Shown: one piece after another, positions 1-10,498 of the stretch
Numbering within the stretch: position 1 is the first letter of the stretch
How the letters are laid out: every line of letters starts with the position of its first letter
NCBI GenBank assembly: GCA_964255285.1
Contig: CAXUUL010000076.1
Location: forward strand, 1 to 37,060
From: Ionaspis alba
Lineage: Eukaryota
Length of the DNA stretch: 37,060 nt
Direction: 5' to 3'
The notes under the pieces: model-generated
Seen by the model: only the letters and a program-made list of their open reading frames with translations
What the model was told of the DNA's origin: nothing
Database searches by the model: none
Position numbers and translations under genes: made by a program

Positions 1-2411
1 CTTTGGACACGAAGAAGGATGTTAGCACTGTTGGCTCTGAGTGGGACTACAAGCTAGCCTTGGGCATAATCACAGTCCTGGCATTCGTGACCAGGTTCTG
101 GGGCATTGGTCATCCGAATGAAGTCGTCTTCGATGAAGTACACTTTGGCAAGGTAAGTTAATGGCTTAAAGCTATGGGATGTATGATGTGGCAGCTGGAA
201 CGGACTTCGATGTTGCTCTCTTCTCTTTCTGCTTTATACTGACAGGCATCTTCTTGTAGTTTGCCTCCTATTACCTCCAAAGAACCTACTTCTTCGATGT
301 CCATCCTCCTTTCGGCAAGCTCCTCTTCGCCCTTATGGGGTGGTTCGTCGGATACGACGGGCACTTTCTGTTCGACAACATCGGAGATTCATACATCGAC
401 AACAAGGTCCCATATGTGGCTTATCGTGCCATGCCAGCGTTTCTTGGCGCTTTGACAGTCCCCACGGTGTTTCTGACAATGTGGGAATCTGGCTATTCAT
501 TACCTGCAGCCATTGTCGCCTCCGGCTTGGTCCTGTTCGATAATGCACACATCGGGCAGACGCGCCTCATACTCCTAGACGCGACACTGGTCTTTGCAAT
601 GTCTGTCAGTGTGCTGTGCTACGTACGTTTTTACAAGCTCCGGCATGAGCCCTTCGGTCGGAAGTGGTGGAAGTGGCTTCTTTTGACAGGGGTCGCTTTG
701 AGCTGTGTGATCTCAACCAAATATGTCGGTGTCTTCACGTTCTTCTCCATTGGCTGCGCAGTCTTAGTGGATCTTTGGGGTCTTCTCGATATCAACAGAC
801 GGCAAGGTGCCCTGAGCCTCCCAGATTTCGGGAAACATTTTGCCGCGCGAATATTTGGTCTTATCGTCGTACCTTTCTTCTTCTATCTATTTTGGTTCCA
901 AGTCCATTTCGCCATTCTTACGAGATCTGGGCCAGGAGACGATTTTATGACACCTGAGTTTCAAGAGACGCTGAGTGACAACGTCATGACGTTGCAGTCT
1001 GTCGGCATCGACTATTTCGACAGCATAGCAATTCGACACAAGGAGACGAAGAACTACCTTCATAGCCATCTTGATCGTTATCCACTACGATATGACGATG
1101 GGCGAGTATCAAGTCAGGGCCAACAGGTGACGGGCTACCCCTTCAATGATACAAATAACCACTGGCAAATTCTCCCAGCATATCCCCTTGAAAGCAATTC
1201 CGATCAACACGTTCGAAACGGCGATCTCATCAAATTGCGGCACCTGGTGACAGATTCGATACTACTAAGTCATGATGTTGCCTCGCCGTATTATCCGACT
1301 AATCAAGAGTTTACCACGGTGTCTAAGGAAGACGCAGACGGAAAGAGATTCAATGATACGCTTTTTGAGTTGAGAATTGAGCAGGGTAAACCGAAGCAGG
1401 AATTCAAGACTATGTCCGGTCAATTTAAGTTGATTCACTATCCCACCAAGGTCGCCATGTGGACTCATACGAAACCGTTGCCAGAATGGGCCTACAAGCA
1501 AGCTGAGATCAACGGTAACAAGAATGTGGCACAATCGAGCAATATCTGGTACGTCGACGAGATACCTTCGCTGCCTGAAGACAGTGATCGCTCGAAAAAG
1601 GAACCACGGCAAGTTAAGCGTGTTTCGTTCCTGAGGAAGTATGTTGAGCTGCAGAGAGCCATGTTCTACCACAACAACGCGCTCACGAGCAGTCATCCCT
1701 ATGCAAGTCATCCCATCCAATGGCCGTTCCTGTTACGTGGTGTTAGCTTCTGGACTCAAAACGATACGAGGCGGCAAATTTATTTTCTTGGAAACCCACT
1801 TGGATGGTGGCTAGCAAGTAGTCTGTTAGCCGTATTTGCAGGAATCATTGGAGCAGACCAGCTCTCGCAGCGTAGGGGCATAGAAGCGTTGGATGAACGT
1901 GAGTGATAGACTGTTTGACGAGCGAAGAAAACGCAGAGCTAACCCTGCCATTGCGACAGGAACACGATCACGTCTTTATAACTCTACGGGGTTCTTTTTC
2001 CTTACTTGGGCCGCTCACTATCTCCCGTTCTATCTCATGGGCCGTCAATTGTTCCTCCACCACTACTTACCAGCACACCTAGCATCTGCTCTTGTCACTG
2101 GCGCCTTGATGGAATTCATTTTCAGCATGGATGTAGCAGGATTGGACGAGCCGAGCTACACAGCCATTGCTGAGGGCAAGAGCGGCAAGAAAAAGGGAAG
2201 CATGGTACCGAATCGGCGAAGCATGTCCTCGAAAGAGAGAATGGGTGGGCAAAGCATGCTTGCTCTCTGGGGCGCTGCTGGAGTTGTCCTGGCTATTGTT
2301 ATAGGAGGTTGGTATTTCTTCTTGCCATTGACATACGGCAAACCAGGATTGGATGTCGCTGCTGTGCAGGCACGAAAGTGGCTTGGCTACGATTTGCATT
2401 TCGCCAAGTAA
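1..2411 (+). CDS. PMT4: Dolichyl-phosphate-mannose:protein O-mannosyltransferase, PMT4 subfamily (5' end outside the window); exons <1-152, 260-1898, 1960-2411
   Basis: Spliced translation gives HPNEVVFDEVHFGK|FASYYLQRTYFFDVHPPFGKLL (PMT DE motif), multiple TM helices, a MIR region (YLHSH..RYPLRY..GRVSSQGQQVTGYP) and C-terminal RQLFLHHYLP. GT-AG introns 153-259 and 1899-1959 have CTRAC-like branch sites. Confidence 0.95.
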
Positions 2412-2652
2412 AGGCTTCCCAAAAGCGCTGGGGAAGAGCAAGTTTTGAATCTTGGACTGGAAAATACCTCATGGCATGTTCAAGGGTTCGCCAATCTGTG
2501 GAGGGCGTACTTATTTCTATCATTTAGGAGCCAATTCTGATGTACAGTATTTACATTGCGAAGCAACTCTTTCCTCCCGTCTCATGTAGACGTAGACACT
2601 CGCAACTCAAAGTATCTCGTCCAAGTCATGCCACTGCTAGCCAGAGTGTCCT

Positions 2653-3118
2653 TTATTTTGCCTCGTCCGCCATCTTCATCGTTAAGTACGCCTCCAGATC
2701 AAATTTCGGGTCGTCGGGGTCTGATATTACTATGAAGCCACTCCTATTAGCCATGCAATGATCATGGAGAACAAATTCTGCACGATGCTTCCATTGAGCA
2801 GCCAAACTCCTTCCCTAAACGTGAACACCACACATCGAGACACTCACCGCCTCCGCCAGCTGTCTTCTTATCCTCCGGCATTATCTTCTTCACATATTCT
2901 GCTTTCGCTTTCGCTATCAACGACTCCTCCGCTGAATACTTGCGATTCAAATCATTGGCTTTTTGTTGTGATGTTAATGCCGATTGGTGGTAGATGCCAT
3001 AGAAGATGCCGGTTATAAGAGCAGAATACCGTAAGACCTGACCAATGTACCTATCAGCCAATACCCATTGAGTCCAGTGGTAGAAGTCTTCACGAACATT
3101 TACGCCAGAGGTAGCCAT
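2653..3118 (-). CDS. ATP21: Mitochondrial ATP synthase subunit e; exons 3118-3098, 3037-2848, 2729-2653
   Basis: Spliced protein MATSGVN|VLRYSALITGIFYGIYHQ...AKAKAEY...GG|VISDPDDPKFDLEAYLTMKMADEAK. It has an N-terminal GxxxG TM helix and the DPxFDLE tail typical of fungal subunit e (Tim11). Confidence 0.92.
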
Positions 3119-3581
3119 TTTTACCGCGGGAAGGGTTTCGTGGACCGACGCAGAGAGGATTCTGGAAAGCCCGGGGTTCACTCGAACTTGTGACTACATG
3201 CGCCGGGCGAGGATGTTCGCGAGAAGTGCAAATGGATGTGTGAATACTTGTTGCGGAGCTTTGAGGTCTGGAGAAGTTGTTCGCAAGGATCAGATTTGGC
3301 GGTTCTTTCCGGCAGCTTGGACCCCTGTCAGGCACATTTGCTTGGCGTCCACGGACAAAGCGATCCTGTCCGAATAATTGTTATTGGTACAAGGCAATCC
3401 TTTCACAGTTATGGTTACAAGATGAGAGTAAAGGGTCAAGAGCGCTCTCTTGGTACCCTTGATTTGAGACCAACTTGACAGAGGCAATACGAAAATTACT
3501 CGCGCTTCTTTCACGTCTCTGTCTGTTTACTTTGATGATCCTGTCGAGAAAACGGGCAAGGCTTGGGTCAAAGCTGCAACG

Positions 3582-5859
3582 ATGGATGCTTCCAAGGTGC
3601 AGCAGCAACGACGAGATGAGATTCTGGCAAAGAAAGCCAAGCTCGCAGAGCTGAAAAGGCAGAAGGAGCTAAGGAAAAGGGAGGCGACACAGAGAGATAC
3701 ACATGGAGAGGGATCTTCAGAGGTACACCTGCCGATGTCCTTGTGAAGGCGGCTCTGATAACGATGAACTTAGCTGCCAGCTCCGGCTTCCTCCCGTCCT
3801 GAGGCTCGAAAGGATCTTGATAGCTTCATCGACAGCCTCGTCGGAAGTGGAAGGTCTGGGTCTGTCGGACCCAAAGATTCTAGAGGTGCCTCTCCAGCTC
3901 CGCGAGGAAGTCGACCGAGCTCTGTCTTTGGTGCTACGCAACCTGGCCATGAGGGCTTAGACAGTACTCCTGGAACGCCTACGCAAGCGCCCAGGGTGCA
4001 GACCTCTTCCATAGCAACCCAGACCCAGTCTACCTCGCCGTTGTCGAGTCAATATGAAGTTGTGCTGGCACCGAAAGCCGAGGTGATCACCTACAGCATT
4101 GGGATTCAAACCACGGAGCCATGGTCACCTCATCAAGGCGATCGATCCACAAATGGATTCTCGGATTCCGACGAGGAGCACTCTCCTTCCAAAGCAAGGA
4201 CTCCACGAGCCTCCAAGCGGCTTAGCCGTCGAGAACGAGATCGTGAGGAAGAATTGCGCCAAAATTTACGCCGCGAGATCGAGGAGGAGCTTCGGGCTGT
4301 GAAAGACCCGGACCCGTTTACGTCTACCATACAAAGTACGCAGGTCAATTTTCCTGCGCGGGCACTCACTGGGGACGAGATGAAAGCTGTCACCTCCTCT
4401 GAAGACTTCTTGGATTTTGTCGAGCGATCCAGCAAGGTCATCGAACGTGCTTTGGACGAAGAGTACGATGTGCTAGCCAACTATGCACTCGACGGTCTTG
4501 ATGGGATGGATGAGGATGAAGACGAAGGGTATGCGAGCTCAAGGGGCAAGAAGGGTCGAAGAATGAAGGAGGTGGCACAGTTCTACGATGAGAGGTGGAG
4601 TAGGAAGCGCATGATCAGCGACATCAATTTCTCACCAAAAGTAGATCTACCTAGAACTCGAAGTCGCGCGATGACCGCTGATCCGTGTTTGATAGTTTCC
4701 CGAACTCCTTCTAGCTTCTTACACCAAGAATCCGTCATCCCCTCAAGACCCCTCTGGCCTCATTCAAGTTTGGAACCTCCATCTGCATGCTCGTCCCGAG
4801 TACAACTTGCACGGCACTTCTGATATACTCACGGCGAAGTTCTCTCCATTTCACCCATCCTTGATTCTAGGTGGATCTTATAGTGGCCAAGTCCTTCTAT
4901 GGGACACTCGGTCCCGATCTCCTTTGCCAGTGCAAAAAACTCCTTTGACGGGTGCCAGCTCTGGCGGACACACTCACCCGATCTACAGCATCGATGTTGT
5001 TGGTACACAGAATGCTAATAACATAATCTCGTGCTCCACGGATGGAGTAGTATGCGGCTGGACAATCGATATGCTTTCTCAGCCTCAAGAGTATTTAGAG
5101 CTCACCACTCCACCGCCGAGCAAGACCGAGGATCTGAGCCCAACCTGCATGGCCTTCCCGCCCTCTGACCCCACATCTTTCCTAGTCGGTACCGAAGAAG
5201 GCTCCATCTATCCCTGTCATCGTTATGACCGGGCTGGAGCGAAAGCGGGAGTCGATTCTCGTATCAAATACAGAGGCCACACTGCTCCAGTCATGAGTCT
5301 GAACTTCCACCCAGCACGTGGCCCAGTGGACCTCAGCGAACTTGTGCTCACAAGCTCCTTGGACTGGACGGTCAAATTGTGGAAGATTCGCGCTACCTCT
5401 TCAGTAGCAGCGACTTCGATATCATCAAATACCACTGGAGGTCTTTCCGGCTCCAGCATACTGAATACCCAGGAGATCTCCCCCATCATAGAATTTTCCC
5501 GCGAGGACGTGGTTTATGATACCCGGTGGTCGCCGCAACGGCCTAGTGTCTTTGCACTAGTGGATGGTGCTGGCTCTATTGAGGTTTGGGACTTGATAGC
5601 GGACGCTGAAATCCCTGTTGCAAAAGCAACACCCTCAGCTAATAAGAAGGCCACTGGCTTGGCGGGAGCCTATGCTCCGAAAAGCCTCAACAAGGTTTCG
5701 TGGGAGGAGAAGGAAGGCAAAAGATTGGGAGTTGGCGGCGCAGGAGGTATGGTAACTGTCTTCGAAGTTGGGACTGAGTTGAGTGGAGAGGGAGTCCGAG
5801 GGGAAGAATGGGCTGGGGTGAAGCGGTTGGTGGGGAGGTTGGAGAGAGGAGGGAGATAA
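3582..5859 (+). CDS. nudI: Cytoplasmic dynein intermediate chain (WD40); exons 3582-3722, 3774-4640, 4696-5859
   Basis: N-terminal RRDEILAKKAKLAELKRQKE helix, a light-chain binding segment (YSIGIQT), SEDFLDFVERSSKVIERAL, then WD40 repeats (FSPK|FPELLLASY, GHTHPIYS, SSLDWTVKLW). The introns join the three frames correctly. Confidence 0.93.
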
Positions 5860-6261
5860 GTTCAATGATTGTCGCAAAATATTAGCATCCGTGCTCGACA
5901 GTACCAATTTAAGATTAAGAGTACTAATTGTTTCAACCAAGATCTCTTAAACTCTACCAATGTTTGCCAAGAGCCTCTCAGACGTAGGGCAAAAGTAGCG
6001 GCCGAGGCTCGGCTTACGGCGGAAGTAACATTTTCGGTGTCGATTTCCTGATTAGATTTGAAACGACTTAAGTAACAGCCAGCAAATTTAGCATAGAGCT
6101 TTGTAGTCGCATTTCGACCTTCTCGTCGTCTCATTTACGTTCACTTTTGATCTTCTATGCAAAGCTCGCGATATCTTTGCCAAAAGAGCACCAAAAATAT
6201 ATTTGCCCGGGCCCCGTCTATCTACCCCACGTCAGTTGCAGCTTGGCAGCAGCATCCCAGG

Positions 6262-6850
6262 ATGGCTTCCGCTACCACTTTTTACGACTTCAAACCCTTG
6301 GACAGTACGGTCGATACTTTTTAGTAAAAGTCCTTCATACCACAAGCTAACAATTATTCCAGAGAAGGGCCAACCCTTCGACCTAGCAACCTTGAAAGGC
6401 AAAACAGTTCTCGTCGTCAACACAGCCTCGAAATGCGGCTTCACGCCTCAATTCGAAGGCCTAGAAAAGCTCTACAAAACAATCACAGCCAAGCATCCCG
6501 ACGAGTTCCTCATCCTCGGCTTCCCTTGCAACCAATTCGGTAATCAGGACCCCGGCACTGATGACACGATCCAGGACTTCTGCCAGGTCAACTACGGCGT
6601 CTCGTTTCCGATCTTGAAGAAGACGGACGTTAATGGCGATAAGGCGGAGCCTGTATTTGAGTGGATGAAGAAAGAGAAACCGGGTGTGATGGGTTTGAAG
6701 CGGGTGAAGTGGAACTTCGAGAAATTTTTAATTGGAAAGGATGGTACTGTCAAGGGACGCTGGGCTAGTACTACGAAACCGGAGAGTTTGGAAGCACCGA
6801 TCATGGAGGAGATAAAGAAAGGGGCTACGACTGCAAAGTCGGAGTTGTAG
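6262..6850 (+). CDS. HYR1: Glutathione/thioredoxin peroxidase (Hyr1/Gpx3-like); exons 6262-6304, 6363-6850; in-frame upstream ATG at 6157
   Basis: MASATTFYDFKPLD|KKGQPF..., VVNTASKCGFTPQ (peroxidatic Cys), LGFPCNQFG, FCQVNYGV (resolving Cys), KWNFEKFLI. GT-AG intron 6305-6362. Confidence 0.95.
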
Positions 6851-7389
6851 TCGAAGTTGCCGTGTTCTGCTGTAAGCAAGGCGCATATGCAGAAAGCTAG
6901 GACAGATCAGGTTCCGTGGCGTATGGATGTTTTTGGTCGTTGATATGCTTAATAGGTTACTCTTAGGAACGCTTTCGTTGGTTTCTTGGTACCGGAAATT
7001 TTGTTCAGCATCAGACTCCCACAGAGCGTTGACTGCATATAGGTAGAGGAATAAACCAAGCGACACATAAGGGTCAAGATGAAGTGAAACAGGTCGAGCA
7101 CCATACTCTTTTGCTTCCACTTCCCTATTCACAGATCCTGTAGCTGACAGGCCCACTACGCCGCACTATCCCATGCTTTGGTCGCGCCACACACCCGCCT
7201 TAGCTGATAGAGCGGCAAAGTACAGCTTTGCCGTGCTAATTCATGCAGCCTAAAAGCAGCTCACCTACGCGGGATACTTGGTCACCTCAAAAACACTGTT
7301 TCCCTCAATCATGTATAAGCCTCGTCTACATTGCTCCTCCTTCTGAACCACTTTACTCAGAACTACCACCACCCCCATCTCCGTCCGCG

Positions 7390-9286
7390 ATGGCTTACCC
7401 TCTTGTATTGTTCTCCTAATCTCACCTCTTGCTGTGCTACTCCACAGTATCTACTGTCTTGCAATCAATTGGAATATCGCTCGCAAGTCAGATATTCCAT
7501 ATCTCGTGATACCTGTCAGTCCAGACAATCCGCTATGGATGCTTATTGGCGAGCGTGTGATTGGCGTCATTCGAAGCGTTTTTGGGGAGAACAATGTCAC
7601 AAGGCATACTCGGCTGGGGTGGGAATACTACGACAAAAACAGATTGCATCTGACACATGGTGATCTGGTCATGCTAGTGTCGCCTAAGAGGAATTGGGTT
7701 CATGTATACAATGGAGATGCAATTCACGATATCTTGAATCGCCGCAATGCCTTTCCGAGGCCAGCTGAAATGCTCGGTGAGTGTTTGTTGATATTGTTAT
7801 GTGGAAGAAGCTGACTGGAGTGGAAAGCTGTGCTCGATGTGTTTGGGCCTAATATTTCCACTTGTAGGTTCCTCTAGATAAGACTCTGGCTGTTTCTGAT
7901 TGGTATGGTGATAGGCTAATGGTGCTGACGGGCAACGTCAACGTAAAATCACAAGCACTCCTTTCAACGAAGCGAACAGCATCATAGTGTGGATTGAAGC
8001 CCTTCAACAAGGCAAGGAAATGCTAGAGTACTGGACGTCACAAGGACCTTCTGTCAGAACAACGGCGAAGGATACTCGAACAATCTCCCTGCATGTGCTG
8101 TCGAACGCCGGCTGTGGCAAATCATACGGTTTCAAGAATGCAGCAGAGCCACCTAAAGAAGGTCATGCTTTCAACTACAGAGATTCTTTAGCCACAGTGC
8201 TCGAGCATATCTTGTTGATTCTTGTTGTCGGTCCGAAGTTCCTTACCTACTAATTCCTACCAAAGAAATGGAAGCGCATAGGTCAAGCTACAACTGACTT
8301 CAAAGCCTACATGACAGATATGCTTAATGATGAGAAACGAGAATTGAACAACAAGAAGCCTGGCGGCGGGAACTTAGTGACTTCACTAATACGAGCTTCC
8401 GACGAGGTGGCCAAAAGTTCCGATGTAGAGAGCAAGGGAATCAGCATACCTCAAAGTTCCTGTGGCGGCCTTACCGAGGACGAAATTTATGGCAATATCT
8501 TTGTGTACAACTTTGCAGGACACGATACCATGGCCATCACATTGAACTGGGCAATTTACCTCCTCGCCGCACACCCTGCAATTCAAGATTGGATAGCTGA
8601 AGAAATTATCTTTGTTCTGCCGGACGGGAACAGCTCAACTTGGAACTACGCCGAGTCCTATCCTCGACTTAAGCGTGTGTTTGCAGTCATGGTAAGCCCT
8701 TAAACTATCAAGCAAATCGTCTCTGAGTACCTGCTGACTGGTCTCTTCCAACCAGCTCGAAACTCTTCGTCTGTGGAACCCACTGGTAGGGATAGCAAAA
8801 TGTACCCTCGAGGAACCACAAACACTGATGCTAGACGGAAAAGAGATAACCATTCCTCCTCTTACCTATGTCATCCCCAACATCAATGCCGTGCACACCT
8901 ACCCACGCTACTGGGGCTCTGACCCTTTGACCTGGAACCCCAAGCGCTGGATGCTGCCCGAAGGCTCTTCTTCAGACGCTAATGGTACTAGAAATACAGG
9001 AGGCAGCAAGAACGAAACCCTCCTTACGCCACCCAAAGGCAGCTTTGTCCCGTGGTCGGACGGTGCACGCGGCTGTCCCGGCAAGAAATTCGGACAGGTG
9101 GAGTTTGTGGCAGCGATGTGCTTCCTCTTCAGGGAACACAAGGTTGCACCTGTACTTGAAGGAGGCGAGAGTATGGAGGCAGCCAGGCAGAGGACATTGG
9201 AAGGCGTGTGGAATAGCGGAATGGTGTTTTTGCTGCAGATGATGAAGCCGGAGAGGATTGCGCTGAGGTGGGAAAAGGTAAGATAG
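7390..9286 (+). pseudogene. Cytochrome P450, apparently disrupted; approximate exons 7390-7776, 7828-7863, 7915-8691, 8756-9286
   Basis: P450 motifs FAGHDT (I-helix), ETLR, PKRW and WSDGARGCPG are present. Lesions: in-frame TAA at 8251-8253 in continuous coding sequence, ATG 7390 out of frame with the TM anchor (TAA at 7417), and a phase mismatch across intron 7864-7914. Confidence 0.8.
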
Positions 9287-9569
9287 ACGGTACCCGGCTA
9301 GAGTTGAAGTGGTCCAGAGGGATGAATTGTAATCGTTAGACAGTTCTAATCGTGGTCACCACATATACTTGATTTTATAGGTACATGATCGAAGGTGGAA
9401 AGATAATCGATCACATTCGGAAACGAAGCTTCATTGCTTATCGTGTTGTGTAAAATGCCACTGAATTAAGACATCTCCAGCACACCCTAAGCACATGCCG
9501 GAGGCCTTCTTCTATACACGAGTTCGTGGAACACCGTAAGCACTGGGAGGGAGGGAAAGCTCCATGTCT

Positions 9570-10162
9570 CTATCCAGGACCAATCCTCGGCCTATAGTCA
9601 AATGGTTAGCCTGGACTGCTGAGAAATGATGAGGTCCGCTAGATCAGGGAATAGTAGAGGAAGGGAAGGCTAGGCCGTACATATCATGATGTTCACTCAG
9701 ATTGCTCAGATATCGATTCAGTTCCTCCACCCTCTCCTTGTGCGTCTTGACACCTTCTCTTTTCAGTCGCTCGTCCAACTATAGCATAGAACGGTCAATT
9801 CTCGGGAAAAGGCGTTTCACTTCTAGATATTGCACAGCGGGATCATTGCCACTTACCCTTTTCCGCCGTCTCTCCTCGTGTCTTCGCTCAGCTTCAGTCT
9901 TGCCCACACCTAATGGCCTGCCCTCATTCTCCCCATCCTCCTCAGCTAAGGCATTGCCTAGCATTTTCCTCCGCGAGTCCGAATCCGCGCTGTGTGTGGG
10001 GTCTTCATCTTGGTTTAGATCGCTCGTGGCGCTGCCCTTCGTTGGGTTGTCCTCTGGCTGGGTCTTCTTCTTTTTCTTTTTCTTCTTATCAATTTTCGAG
10101 TCTTTGACACCTTTGAGCTTCAGGCTACCACCTGCAGCTGAAGTGTAGTCGTCAATGACCAT
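9570..10162 (-). CDS. FAM32A/DUF1754 family small basic nuclear protein; exons 10162-9857, 9778-9681, 9591-9570
   Basis: GGSLKLKGV...poly-Lys...KTEAERRHEERRRKR|LDERLKREGVKTHKERVEELNRYLSNLSEHHDM|PRIGPG*, which is the characteristic FAM32A C-terminus. Confidence 0.92.
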
Positions 10163-10498
10163 CTCGTTCTTTTGTAGTCATGGAAGCTATTCGTCTGCGG
10201 AAATTCGTCGGGTTCATGGTGCATGATAAGATAAGATTAGATTAGATGATCCCGACCTGGTCATGAATTAAGCACCACACTCCTACAGCTGCAATGTTCT
10301 TTCCACTACAGGATACACATGCGTGACGAGTTTTTAACCTCGTTCTTCGACGTGGTCATTGCAGGTTTTGTACAAGGCTACAGAGTTTCAGTATCATCTA
10401 ATTGTCGGGAAGCACCATCAAGGCTAGCAATCTGCCCTGGAGCTCTCAAGTGCGCTGCAAGGGTATAAATATATCAGCGAGCCTGCTACCAGAAGACT

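Noticed and set aside
8251..8253. Premature stop as a target of A-to-I editing
   Set aside because: TAA would need two edits, and independent frameshift-type lesions exist in the same gene.
10225..10250. GATAAGATAAGATTAGATTAGATGAT as a GATA-factor site cluster
   Set aside because: It is indistinguishable from a short pentamer microsatellite without conservation data.
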